Source of the DNA: Deltaproteobacteria bacterium
GTDB taxonomy: Bacteria > Myxococcota_A > Polyangia > GCA-2747355
Assembly (NCBI GenBank): GCA_019314525.1
Contig: JAFCZD010000026.1
Span: 1 to 61,451 of the forward strand
Direction: 5' to 3'
DNA length: 61,451 bases
Part shown: positions 1 through 9,003 of the stretch, in pieces
Layout: every line of letters starts with the position of its first letter
Position numbering within the stretch: the first letter of the stretch is position 1
Position numbers and translations under genes: made by a program
Notes under the pieces: model-generated
Databases searched by the model: none
The model's input: only the letters and a program-made list of their open reading frames with translations
Told to the model about the DNA's origin: nothing

Positions 1-1975
1 GGGGCCAGTGCAGCCAGGGTCACCTGTGCCATTGAGCTTGTAGTCGGTCTTGCCGTCGCTGTCGTTGTCGAGGCCGTCATCACACTCGGCGCTGCCATGC
101 TCATCGGTGTCATTATCAGAGCTGCAGCCCGGGTCGTTGGGGTAGTCCGCAAGGCCGTCGCCGTCGTTGTCCTGCCCGTCGCTGCAGGCGGCGTCACCCA
201 GCTCGCTGCTGTCTGTGGGGTCTGTGCATTGGCCATCGCCCGTGCCGTCGATCTTGTAGTCGGTCTTGCCGTCTTTGTCGTTGTCGAGGCCATCATCGCA
301 GGCCACAGAGCCCAGCTCGCTGGCGTCGGCAGGGCCGGCACAGCCTGGGTCTCCCGACCCATCTTTTTTGTAGTCTGTGGCGCCATCCTTGTCGTTGTCG
401 AGGCCGTCGTCACAGGCCACAGAGCCGCGTTCGTCGTTGTCTCCTGGGCCGCTACATCCCGGGTCGTCGGGCGAATCGGTGAGGCCGTCGTTATCGTTGT
501 CGACGCCATCGTCGCAGGCGGTGGAGCCCTTTTCGCTGGTGTCCAAGGGAGCGCTGCAGCCAGGGTCTCCAGAGCCGTCGGTCCTGAAGTCAATCAGCCC
601 GTCGCCGTCGTTGTCGGCGCCATCATCGCAGTGGGTGGTGCCGTATTCGCTGATATCGGTCAAGCTGGTGCAGCCAGGGTCTCCCAGCTCTGGCACGAGG
701 TTGTAGTCGGCCTGACCATCGCCATCGTTGTCGATACCGTCGTCACAGATCGCGATACCACGTTCGCTCGCGTCGGTGGGCGAGGTGCAACCTGGGTCTC
801 CGGAGCCGTCCATGCGGTAGTCGCTACGCCCGTCGCCATCGTTGTCGCTGCCATCGTCGCAGGCCCCACCCCCACGTTCGTCGTTGTCTGCGGGGCTTGT
901 GCAGCCTGCGTCACCACCGATGAGTTTGTAGTCGCTGCTGCCATCGTTATCGTTGTCAACGCCATCGTCACAAGCGGTGGTGCCGCGCTCATCGGTGTCT
1001 GAGACACTCACGCAGCCAGGGTCGCCGCTGCCGTCTTCTTTATAGTCGGCAGCGCCATCGCTGTCGTTGTCTTTGCCGTCATCGCAGACCCCAACGCCTG
1101 TCTCTGAGCTGTCTGTTGGAGAGCTGCAGCCAGGGTCTCCCGAGCCATCTTGCTGGTAGTCGACCTTACCATCGCCATCATTGTCGATGCCGTCGTCGCA
1201 GGCGCCAGTGCCCTTTTCAGAGGCGTCATCAGCGGCGCTGCAGCCTGGGTCGTTGGGATAGTCCGCGAGACCGTCACCGTCGTTGTCGACACCATCCTGG
1301 CAGGGGCCTACGCCTGTCTCTGCGCTATCTTCGGGGCCTGTGCATTGAGGGTCACCCGAGCCGTCAGCTTTGTAGTCGATCAGGCGGTCGTTGTCGTTGT
1401 CGATGCCATCATCGCAGGCGAGGCTTCCTGTTTCGTCCGTATCTTCCGGTCCAGCGCAACCTGGGTCGCCGCTGCCGTCGGCTTTGTAGTCTGCCAGCCC
1501 ATCGCCGTCGTTATCGATGCCGTCGTCACAGGCGATGGTTCCCTTCTCGCTGCTATCCGAGGGGCTCTCACAGCCTGGGTCGGCGTTGGAGCCGTGCCGG
1601 TAGTCAGCCTTGCCGTCGCCATCATTGTCAATGCCATCATCGCAGGGGAGGCTTCCCAACTCGTCTTCGTCGTCTGGCCCGTCACAGCCTGGGTCGTCTG
1701 GGTAGTCGATGGCGCCGTCGGCGTCGTTGTCGATGCCATCGTCACAGGCTGCGCCGCTGCTCTCGGTGTCATCATCCACGCCGCTACAGCCGGTGTCGCC
1801 ACTGCCGTCAGCTTGGTAGTCCGCCTTGCCATCACCGTCGTTGTCGCGCCCGTCATCACACGCGGTGGCCCCATGCTCGTCGTTATCACCAGCAGAGGAG
1901 CAGCCAGGGTCGTTGGGGTGATCGACAAGGCCATCGCCGTCATCATCGAGGCCGTTGCTGCAACTACACGCGCCA
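1..1975 (-). repeat. Imperfect tandem coding repeats (about 38-40 codons each) encoding the CDDGxDNDGDGxxDYxxDGSGDPGC modules.
   Basis: The motif gtcgttgtcgatgccgtcgtcaca... recurs on the plus strand at roughly 115-120 bp intervals. I counted at least 18 modules in the translation. Confidence 0.7.
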
Positions 1976-3384
1976 TGGGCTACCTCTGGGGCGTTCGCTG
2001 TGCTTCCGTCTGTTCCCCCATCCATGCCCCCATCGTTGCCGCTGGATCCATTGTTGACCACCGCCTCATCGAGCATGCCGTCGCAGTCGTTGTCTTTGCC
2101 ATCGCAGAGCTCAGGGGCGCCAGGGAAGCGCAACCGATCATTATCGGCGCAGTCGATGCGTGCGCTGTCCACCCCGCCTGCAGGCGCGGTACCACAGGCT
2201 GTGAAACCATCTCCATCGGCATCGAAGCCCTCATCGGTCATGCCATCGCAGTCGTCGTCAAAGCCATTGCACGTCTCTGTCACGGGATTGACTTGTCCCA
2301 CGCAGCCGGTCCAACTGCCCTGGGTGCAGGTTTGGCTGCCACGTGAGCAGGCGCCGAGGCTGCTGCCGCAGGGGCGCACCTGGCCTTCGCTGGTGCAGAT
2401 GCATCCCTCGTCTACGGTACCGTCGCAATCGTTGTCGAGGCCGTCACAGAGGCTCTCGGTGGGCTCATAAAGGGGGCCATAGTCGGCTGTGCCGCAGCTC
2501 TTCCAGCCGTCGACACCCTCACAGCTTTTCTTGGCGCGAGCGCAGACCCCAGCCGTCTTTTCACATGCAGGTTTGCTGAGGTCCTCGTCGACCTGCCCGT
2601 CGCAGTCGTTGTCTTTGCCATCGCAGATCTCACCCAAAGGGCGAACTTCGCCGCCACACGGTCCCCAGACGCCCTCGGCGCTGCAGGTCTGCGTGCCAGA
2701 GGCGCACTCACCCACGTCTTGCATCGCCGGTGCACAGGGCCAACAGCTTTGAGTGTCCGCTGGTGTACAGCCGCATTGCTCATCCACCAAGCCGTTGCAA
2801 TCGTCATCGATGCCGTTGCCGCAGACCTCTTTGGCTGGCGCCTCAGGAACGCACGTCGAGGGTTTGCCACCCACACAGGCAGGAATCGTCACCTGACAGA
2901 GCCCCATGCCGCAGGTGATGGTGCCCAAGCCCTCGTCGATCTGGCCATCGCAATTATTGTCGGCGTCGTCACAAAACTCAGGTGCGCCAGGGTAGACATC
3001 GTCGCGCTCGTCGTTGCAGTCACCCGCAAGGCAGCCCACGCCATCACCGTAGAGGTCCTCGTCACCGTCTTGGCAGTCAGCGCAGCGCCATTGACACTCA
3101 TTCTGCACGCAAGACCAGACCCCAGGGCAATCAGGGGGCATGAGCACCGCACAGTCGTTGGGGTGCACGCAGCGAAAGGCGGCATCAGGTCCAGGCGGTC
3201 CATCGCTGTCCACGGTGGGTGGGCCATCGCCGTCAACGCTGGGTGCACCATCGCTTGGCCCATCAACCCTCGCGTCGGCGCCCGTCTTCCAAAGGTTTTC
3301 GTTGGTGTCGATCAGACAGCCCGAGAGGAGCAGCGTGGCCATCGAAAGAGAGAGGATTAGGGTCTTCACGTTTGGAGCCTTCAT
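1..3384 (-). CDS. Giant secreted lipoprotein (partial, continues past window start). It has MopE-type Cys/Asp putative metal-binding motifs followed by at least 18 thrombospondin-type-3-like Asp-rich repeats.
   Basis: The minus-strand frame is open from ATG (3384..3382) to position 1. It is absent from the ORF track because there is no stop in the window. I hand-translated several segments (1-180, 1921-2100, 2401-2460, 3001-3060, 3301-3384) and all were in one frame. The N-terminus MKAPNVKTLILSLSMATLLLSGC is a signal peptide plus lipobox. The middle region has CDGxDNDCDGxxDE motifs. The C-terminal region has repeated CDDGxDNDGDGxxDY..DPGC modules. Confidence 0.8.
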   Translation of the reverse strand, partial: MKAPNVKTLILSLSMATLLLSGCLIDTNENLWKTGADARVDGPSDGAPSVDGDGPPTVDSDGPPGPDAAFRCVHPNDCAVLMPPDCPGVWSCVQNECQWRCADCQDGDEDLYGDGVGCLAGDCNDERDDVYPGAPEFCDDADNNCDGQIDEGLGTITCGMGLCQVTIPACVGGKPSTCVPEAPAKEVCGNGIDDDCNGLVDEQCGCTPADTQSCWPCAPAMQDVGECASGTQTCSAEGVWGPCGGEVRPLGEICDGKDNDCDGQVDEDLSKPACEKTAGVCARAKKSCEGVDGWKSCGTADYGPLYEPTESLCDGLDNDCDGTVDEGCICTSEGQVRPCGSSLGACSRGSQTCTQGSWTGCVGQVNPVTETCNGFDDDCDGMTDEGFDADGDGFTACGTAPAGGVDSARIDCADNDRLRFPGAPELCDGKDNDCDGMLDEAVVNNGSSGNDGGMDGGTDGSTANAPEVAHGACSCSNGLDDDGDGLVDHPNDPGCSSAGDNDEHGATACDDGRDNDGDGKADYQADGSGDTGCSGVDDDTESSGAACDDGIDNDADGAIDYPDDPGCDGPDDEDELGSLPCDDGIDNDGDGKADYRHGSNADPGCESPSDSSEKGTIACDDGIDNDGDGLADYKADGSGDPGCAGPEDTDETGSLACDDGIDNDNDRLIDYKADGSGDPQCTGPEDSAETGVGPCQDGVDNDGDGLADYPNDPGCSAADDASEKGTGACDDGIDNDGDGKVDYQQDGSGDPGCSSPTDSSETGVGVCDDGKDNDSDGAADYKEDGSGDPGCVSVSDTDERGTTACDDGVDNDNDGSSDYKLIGGDAGCTSPADNDERGGGACDDGSDNDGDGRSDYRMDGSGDPGCTSPTDASERGIAICDDGIDNDGDGQADYNLVPELGDPGCTSLTDISEYGTTHCDDGADNDGDGLIDFRTDGSGDPGCSAPLDTSEKGSTACDDGVDNDNDGLTDSPDDPGCSGPGDNDERGSVACDDGLDNDKDGATDYKKDGSGDPGCAGPADASELGSVACDDGLDNDKDGKTDYKIDGTGDGQCTDPTDSSELGDAACSDGQDNDGDGLADYPNDPGCSSDNDTDEHGSAECDDGLDNDSDGKTDYKLNGTGDPGCTGP

Positions 3385-4361
3385 CAGAAGTTTCCTCGCA
3401 ATCCAATGCCCCAGACATGAGCGTCATCATCCTCATGTTCTTTGGCTTGGCCGAAATCCGTGAAGAAGAAGAGGGTGGTGGTAGCCGCTGCTGCGACCCC
3501 CGTGAGGGCCACGAAGACGTTGGTGAGCATGCGGCGTTGTGTGAAATCATCGTAGCCTTGCTCGGTGGGGTCACTCTCGTAATCATCACGCAGCCCCACG
3601 GTCTGAGCACCGAAGATGCCCACGACCGCGCCGAAAACCACGGTGGCTCCAACGGCGCCCCAAAACCACGCCTGGTGCAGCCCACGGCGGCGTGGCTCGA
3701 AGGTTTGAGGGCGGGAAGCAGGTTGGGGCATCATCACCACTTTGGTGCGCACAGCCTGGACGATCTTCTTGGGGCTGAGAGTGATCGACATGGAGCCGCC
3801 CAAAGAACTCTCGACGCTTGCGCGGGCTGGAGTGGCGCCTTCGCGTCGAACTTCGATGGCGTGACGCCCAGGGTTGATGGAGATTGTGCCAGGCGCCATG
3901 CCTGCCTTCTTTCCATCAACGAAGATCGTGCCGCCTCCACCATGGCTCTTGATTTCGAGCGTAGCCACACGCCTCTCCACCCCCTCAAGAGATTCACGGA
4001 CGCGCTCGGCCATCTTCGCTTTGGCGGCGCCTTCGTTGAGACAGCGTCGGTAATGAGCGGCGGACTGGATGAAGTCGTTCATATTCTCGTAGCAACGCGC
4101 GATGCTGCACTGCACGAAGAAGTGGGGGCGGAGCTTGTAGGCTTTGGTGAAAGCGGTGATGGCCTGGACGTAGCTGCGCTTTTTGAAGAGCCTTTTGCCT
4201 TGTTTGAACGCTCGCGCTGCCTCATGCTTCTTGCCCGCGTGGGCACTAGAGGCGATCAGCGCCACCACGAGGATCAACGTCCATCGCAAAAAGGAGGTAC
4301 AGGCTCTCATGGGGGACGTCCTCTTCCTGACCGCTGGCCGCGGGTAAAGCCGAAGCCGCAT
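3384..4361 (-). CDS. Membrane protein with a signal peptide, a TPR-like segment, a PEGA domain and two C-terminal TM helices.
   Basis: ORF 3384..4364. PEGA-like stretch TIFVDGKKAGMAPGTISINPGRHAIEV. TPR-like stretch YVQAITAFTKAYKLRPHFFVQCSIARCY. TM helix AWFWGAVGATVVFGAVVGIFGA. The ATG at 4361 overlaps the upstream kinase stop (TGATG). Its own stop overlaps the downstream lipoprotein ATG (TGATG at 3382..3386). Confidence 0.75.
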   Translation of the reverse strand: MRLRLYPRPAVRKRTSPMRACTSFLRWTLILVVALIASSAHAGKKHEAARAFKQGKRLFKKRSYVQAITAFTKAYKLRPHFFVQCSIARCYENMNDFIQSAAHYRRCLNEGAAKAKMAERVRESLEGVERRVATLEIKSHGGGGTIFVDGKKAGMAPGTISINPGRHAIEVRREGATPARASVESSLGGSMSITLSPKKIVQAVRTKVVMMPQPASRPQTFEPRRRGLHQAWFWGAVGATVVFGAVVGIFGAQTVGLRDDYESDPTEQGYDDFTQRRMLTNVFVALTGVAAAATTTLFFFTDFGQAKEHEDDDAHVWGIGLRGNF

Positions 4362-5941
4362 CAATCGTAGGGGCTGGCGAGGATATCAGCGTCGCCGAGC
4401 TTGCCCTTCTTCTTCTTCTTGCCACGTCGACGTTTGACTCTCTTGGCAGGCTTGTCTCGATTCAGGGCGATGACCCAGCCGCCGCTGCGTTCGTGCGGGA
4501 TCTCGATCTTGCGGCTCTTGTAGCCAGGAGCGCTGATCTCCAGCAGGCTTTGTCCGGCACTCTTGGGTTGTTCGATCTTCAGCGGATTCTTCACAGCTTT
4601 GCCATTTAGCACCAGCTTGGCGGAGAGCGGGGTGGCCGTGACGCTGATGGTGATCAGCTCTGGCGCGGTGTCGGCTATCAAGCGCTGGTCGGGGGAAACG
4701 ACGACCTTGGCGTCGGCTGTGAGGGCAACCTTCGCGTCACTCGCTCCACCGTTGAACAGGGTCAACGTGAGGCCCACGCCGAGGGCTGCGAGGGTCAACA
4801 GACCCGCCACGCCGAGCAAGGTCTTGCGTTGGCGTTTACGCAAGAGGCTTCCCATGGAGGCCTGGGGCAGTGAGAGGCCGCTGATCAGCTGCGCGTCCAT
4901 CACCTCGCTTACATCGGAGATATCCGCCTGCTGCAGCAGCCGCTTCTTCTCGCCAATGCGCTCCTCAAAGCAGTCCCTCATGAACTTTCCCACATCGGAG
5001 GGCAGGACGGGGTCACCTGAGTTGGCGAGATATTTCTCCAGCGCGAGCTGCATCTCCTGGGCTGTCTGGAAGCGATCGGCCATGTCGCGCTCGAGGGCGC
5101 GCATCACGATGGTCTCCAGCTCCTGGGGATACTCAGGAAAGACCGCCGAAGGGGGCGTGATATTGTGGAAGAGCACCTTGGAGATCTGGTCGGCCTCGGT
5201 GGCGGCCTTGAAGAGGCGTCGCCGGGTGCTGGCCTCGAAGAGCACGATGCCCAGGGCAAAGATATCAGAGCGTCGGTCGACACGTTTGGTGTCTTTGAAC
5301 TGCTCAGGGGCCATATAGGCGAGCTTCCCCTTGAGCTCCCCTTGGGTGGTGTGCAGGCTGCCGCGGGCGCGAGCCACGCCAAAATCTATCACTTTGGTGG
5401 CGCCCGTGTAGCTGATGATGATGTTTTGTGGCGAGACGTCGCGATGCACGACGTTGAGCAGCTCGCCCTCATCATTGTGCAGCTCGTGGGCAGCATGCAG
5501 CCCGGCGGCGGCGTCGGCGATGATGCGAGCGGCGATGCGCGGATCGGGCCGCGTCTTGCGCAGAATCGCCACCAAGCTCTCGCCATTGACGTACTCCATC
5601 GCGATGAAGTGGGTCTGCTCTACTTTGCCCAACTCGAGGATGTGCGCGACGTTGGGGTGGTCGATCCTTGAGGCGAGGCGGGCCTCGTCGATGAACATCT
5701 TGACGAATTCTTCTTGTTCGGTGAGGTGGCTGTGAATGACCTTTAGCGCCACGAGCTTTTCGAAACCCTCAGCACCAAAGAGCCGGCCAAGATAGAGCTC
5801 GGCAGAGCAGCTTATAGCGACCAAGGAGGCGCTTCTTGGGAAACGTCGCCTTCTGCTGAAAGAGCTGCGCCGCGCTATTGACCATTCACCGAGTCTCCCA
5901 CCCAAGATTATTCGCACATAGCTCGTGCCACCTCTCCGCAC
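4361..5941 (-). CDS. Ser/Thr protein kinase with a TM helix and a C-terminal PEGA-like domain. The N-terminus is apparently disrupted: the glycine-rich loop is missing and the frame shifts.
   Basis: Motifs VALKVIH, HRDVSPQN, IDFGVA and YMAPEQ. TM helix TLLGVAGLLTLAALGVGLTLTLF. The listed ORF starts at GTG 5941 with an Arg-rich, non-kinase-like leader. A different frame (ATG 5885) encodes a typical kinase N-terminus, MVNSAAQLFQQKATFPKKRLLGRYKLLCR, and stops at 5769. Confidence 0.65.
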   Translation of the reverse strand: MRRGGTSYVRIILGGRLGEWSIARRSSFSRRRRFPRSASLVAISCSAELYLGRLFGAEGFEKLVALKVIHSHLTEQEEFVKMFIDEARLASRIDHPNVAHILELGKVEQTHFIAMEYVNGESLVAILRKTRPDPRIAARIIADAAAGLHAAHELHNDEGELLNVVHRDVSPQNIIISYTGATKVIDFGVARARGSLHTTQGELKGKLAYMAPEQFKDTKRVDRRSDIFALGIVLFEASTRRRLFKAATEADQISKVLFHNITPPSAVFPEYPQELETIVMRALERDMADRFQTAQEMQLALEKYLANSGDPVLPSDVGKFMRDCFEERIGEKKRLLQQADISDVSEVMDAQLISGLSLPQASMGSLLRKRQRKTLLGVAGLLTLAALGVGLTLTLFNGGASDAKVALTADAKVVVSPDQRLIADTAPELITISVTATPLSAKLVLNGKAVKNPLKIEQPKSAGQSLLEISAPGYKSRKIEIPHERSGGWVIALNRDKPAKRVKRRRGKKKKKGKLGDADILASPYD

Positions 5942-6061
5942 CCCTTGTCTTGGGAGATGGCAAACCGCGTTTATTGGACGATATCGGATCCGATTATACC
6001 AGGCTCTGGGGCACTAGAACAACAATGCTATCGCAGAGATAATAAATGCCGGAACCGGCAA

Positions 6062-7216
6062 CTATTTGTCGGTAGACGCTTTGAAGACGACGCCTCGCGC
6101 CTTGAGCTCGGAGAGCAGGTGATCGACAAGGTTTGGCTGGGTTGCGAGGGCCTCAGGGGGATGAACCCCGGGGCGCGTGAGTTCTCCACGAGCGATCATG
6201 CGGGCGATGATCGCCGCGGGGAAGCCAGTGGTGCGTGCCATGGAGGTGTGGCCGCGCTCGGTATCATAACGATCGAGGAGATCCCACTGGAAATGATGGG
6301 ACTTTTCGTCAGCGCCTATGCCCTCGACCATCACGCGCATCACGGTCAAGTCCTCCTCGCCGGGTGCGAACGTCCACTGGGGAAAGAGCAGCTCTGCGAG
6401 GACATCGAGAGGGCGTACCTTCACCTTTTCTCCGCTGACGCTGCGCACTTCGAGGGCTTCCTTCGAAAAGAGCCCCGCGTGGCGTAATACACGCATCAGC
6501 TCGATGTGGCCTGGGTAACGCATGGTCTTTTCGATGCGGTCAGGTGCATCCAAGGTGTCGAGGAGACTACGAAGACCATCGGTGTTGAAGACCTCGAGGG
6601 TGCCCACACCCGGGAAGTCGATCAGCTCTGGCTCTGAGAGCGCCTCGCGTTCGACCTCTTTGCCATCCAGCACAAAGCGCGCAGGGCGTGTATATTCCTC
6701 GATTACATCGAGGGGCGCGAAGCCCGCCTTGTACTCATAGGGCCACCGTCGTTCACGAGGCAGCCCACCGACGTAGATCACCACGCGCTTGGCCCGCAGC
6801 AGCTGCGCGCTGCCATAGCCTGCGAGGAGGTTCGACATGCCGGGTGCCACGCCACAGTCGTAGATCACCGTCAGCCCGGCCTCCTTGGCGCGTTCACCGA
6901 GGTGTCGTGGGTCCTCCTCCATAAAACTGATATCGCAATAATTGCGCCCGGCCTCGATCACCGCTTCCATGGCCATCAACCCCATGGCGCTAGGTAGCGC
7001 GCCAAGCACGATCTCATGGTCAGTGGCGAGCTTTCGAATGGTCTTTGGCGATGAGAGATCAGCGGCGACCACGCGCAAAGCCGCGGGAAGCGTGGGACGC
7101 AGCGCGTCACCGCGTATGTCAGCGAGGGTGACCTCGAAGTCTCCATCCCAGGCGAGATCTGCCGCGATGATCGCGCCGACACGACCTCCTCCCAGTACAA
7201 GCGCCTTATAAGTCAT
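6062..7216 (-). CDS. Saccharopine dehydrogenase family oxidoreductase (NAD(P)-binding; lysine dehydrogenase/saccharopine reductase-like).
   Basis: The N-terminal Rossmann motif VLGGGRVGAIIAADL, together with length and overall pattern (GVAPGMSN, YEYKAGFAP, RYPGH), is typical of this family. The ATG overlaps the upstream kinase stop (ATGA at 7213..7216). Confidence 0.8.
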   Translation of the reverse strand: MTYKALVLGGGRVGAIIAADLAWDGDFEVTLADIRGDALRPTLPAALRVVAADLSSPKTIRKLATDHEIVLGALPSAMGLMAMEAVIEAGRNYCDISFMEEDPRHLGERAKEAGLTVIYDCGVAPGMSNLLAGYGSAQLLRAKRVVIYVGGLPRERRWPYEYKAGFAPLDVIEEYTRPARFVLDGKEVEREALSEPELIDFPGVGTLEVFNTDGLRSLLDTLDAPDRIEKTMRYPGHIELMRVLRHAGLFSKEALEVRSVSGEKVKVRPLDVLAELLFPQWTFAPGEEDLTVMRVMVEGIGADEKSHHFQWDLLDRYDTERGHTSMARTTGFPAAIIARMIARGELTRPGVHPPEALATQPNLVDHLLSELKARGVVFKASTDK

Positions 7217-9003
7217 CGCTCAGGTCCCTTTCTCCTGCCGTGCTTTTTTAGCCTTTTCGGAGGCTGATAAGTCGTGCGCGCCAGATCAACCCGTAACACG
7301 AGATCTGTGCGAGGTTGAAACGTGACGCTCTTCGTCTCGAAGCCCGTGGCTCGGACCTCCACATGATAGATGCGGTCCGAGGCGCCCAACTCTAAGCGAG
7401 GCGAGGTGAGTGCATAGCCATCCACGAGCACTTGGGCGCCTCTGGGGGTGGTGATGAATTGTATCGTCACCTCATCACCGACTTCAGGCACCGTCGTCTC
7501 AGTTTTCTTCATCACCTTGAAGTAGTAATAAGCGCCACCTCCTCCAAGCCCCAGGAGCGCAATGAACGTGAGAAGAGGCAGATGACTACGCCGCCGGGCT
7601 TGCCCACCGTAGGGTGTGCCAGGCGCTCTTTGTGGGGGTGGAGTGCGTGGAGAGGGCTCTGCCTTTTCGCGCTGTGAGGGCGCTGAAAAGGTCTGTTGGG
7701 GCTCCTCCAACGCCAACTCGAGGCCACCGCTGCCGCTGTCTTCATCCTCAGGGGGGGCGAAGAGGTTGTTCGCTTCAGGCTTGGGCTTTTTTTGCTGAGG
7801 CTTGGGCTTTTTCGGCTGAGGCTTGGGTTTTTTCGGCGCTCGCTCTTTGGGCACGTCGAGGGGCACGAGGGCATCGTCGAGGTTTAGCGAGTCCAGCGCA
7901 TCGAACTCTTCATCGAGGGTTGCTGCGTCGAGGGCATCAAGCCCTTCATCGAGGTTCAAGGGCGCTATGGGTGCCTTTTCGGCTCGCGAAGGTGCGAGGG
8001 GGACTGCCGGATTGGTGGGCCGTGGGAGCAGGGAAGGGTCTTCGCCCAGCAGCTTCAACACCTCATGGCGCATGCTTCGCGCGTCGCTGAAGCGTTTCTC
8101 TGGTGTGTTCTCGAGCGCACACATCACCAAGGTGTCGAGCCCTGCAGGCAGGCCCGCGATGCGCTTTGACGGGGGTACGACTTGTTGCTCGAGCTTGGCG
8201 CTTATCAGGGCCGCCAAGGTGTCGGCGGTGTGGGGAGGCTGACCTGTGAGCATGGCGTAGAGGATCGCGCCCACAGCGTAGAGATCGGTAGCTGGACCCA
8301 CATTGGCGTTATCACCCCGGGCTTGCTCGGGTGCCATGTAGAGCGGTGTACCCATGACGAAGCCGGTTTGCGTCAGGCCTTGCTCGCTCCCGTCATCCTT
8401 CAGCACCTTGGAGATACCAAAGTCGAGGATCTTCACCGCCTCCATGCCTTCATCATCGATGACGACCATCAGGTTGTCGGGTTTGAGATCGCGATGCACG
8501 ATCCCTCTGCGATGCACGGCCTCCAGGCCAGCGAGGACCTGCTCCACCAGACGAAGCGCTAGCTCGTATGGGAGAGGCCCTTTGCTCATCAGCCCCTTGA
8601 TGGTTTGGCCATCGAGAAACTCCATCACCACAAAGAGCGATCCCTGTGGGGTGCGTCCCATATCGGTGACCGAGGTGATGTTTGGGTGGCCAGTGCCGCT
8701 CGCTGCGCGCGCCTCACGGATCAGGCGCTGGGTGCCCTCTTCGTCCTCCCCGATCATCACCTTGATGGCGACCTTCTTGTCGAGCAGCGTATGCTTTGCC
8801 TCGAACACCGCGCCCATGCCGCCCATGCCGATGGGTTCGCCGATGAGATATTTATCTTCGAGCAGCGAGTGGCGTGGCAGCAGGCGTGACGCCATCAGCT
8901 TGCCCGTCGCCGGACAATAGAGGTGTTCCGGTGTGTGTTGGCCGTCGCAATGCTCGCAGGGTTGCACCTGGAGAGGATCCAACGACAGGCGACGGGAATG
9001 CAA
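7213..9003 (-). CDS. Ser/Thr protein kinase with an N-terminal Cys4/His zinc-ribbon-like motif, a Lys/Pro-rich repeat linker, a TM helix and a C-terminal PEGA domain.
   Basis: Motifs GMGGMGAVFEAKH, VAIKV, HRDLKPDN, DFGIS and APE. N-terminal CEHCDGQHTPEHLYCPATG. Linker KKPKPQPKKPKPQQKKPKPE. TM helix LLTFIALLGLGGGGAYYYF. PEGA-like TIQFITTPRGAQVLVDG...YHVEVRATGF. The listed start is TTG, so the true start is uncertain (a GTG or TTG a few codons downstream is possible). Confidence 0.85.
   Translation of the reverse strand: MHSRRLSLDPLQVQPCEHCDGQHTPEHLYCPATGKLMASRLLPRHSLLEDKYLIGEPIGMGGMGAVFEAKHTLLDKKVAIKVMIGEDEEGTQRLIREARAASGTGHPNITSVTDMGRTPQGSLFVVMEFLDGQTIKGLMSKGPLPYELALRLVEQVLAGLEAVHRRGIVHRDLKPDNLMVVIDDEGMEAVKILDFGISKVLKDDGSEQGLTQTGFVMGTPLYMAPEQARGDNANVGPATDLYAVGAILYAMLTGQPPHTADTLAALISAKLEQQVVPPSKRIAGLPAGLDTLVMCALENTPEKRFSDARSMRHEVLKLLGEDPSLLPRPTNPAVPLAPSRAEKAPIAPLNLDEGLDALDAATLDEEFDALDSLNLDDALVPLDVPKERAPKKPKPQPKKPKPQQKKPKPEANNLFAPPEDEDSGSGGLELALEEPQQTFSAPSQREKAEPSPRTPPPQRAPGTPYGGQARRRSHLPLLTFIALLGLGGGGAYYYFKVMKKTETTVPEVGDEVTIQFITTPRGAQVLVDGYALTSPRLELGASDRIYHVEVRATGFETKSVTFQPRTDLVLRVDLARTTYQPPKRLKKHGRRKGPER

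Noticed and set aside
97-3360. Long plus-strand ORFs (97..1002, 1116..2057, 1150..2346, 2719..3360) and several off-frame minus-strand ORFs across the first 3.4 kb.
   Set aside because: Their translations are Ala/Val/Arg/Thr-rich low-complexity sequences typical of wrong-frame or antisense reading of a GC-rich gene. The minus-strand frame ending at ATG 3384 gives a coherent lipoprotein with recognisable motifs over the whole span.
3219-4370. 383-aa plus-strand ORF opposite the TPR-PEGA gene.
   Set aside because: It is an antisense shadow with no motifs and Arg/Gly/His-rich composition. The minus-strand ORF has a signal peptide, a PEGA domain and TM helices.
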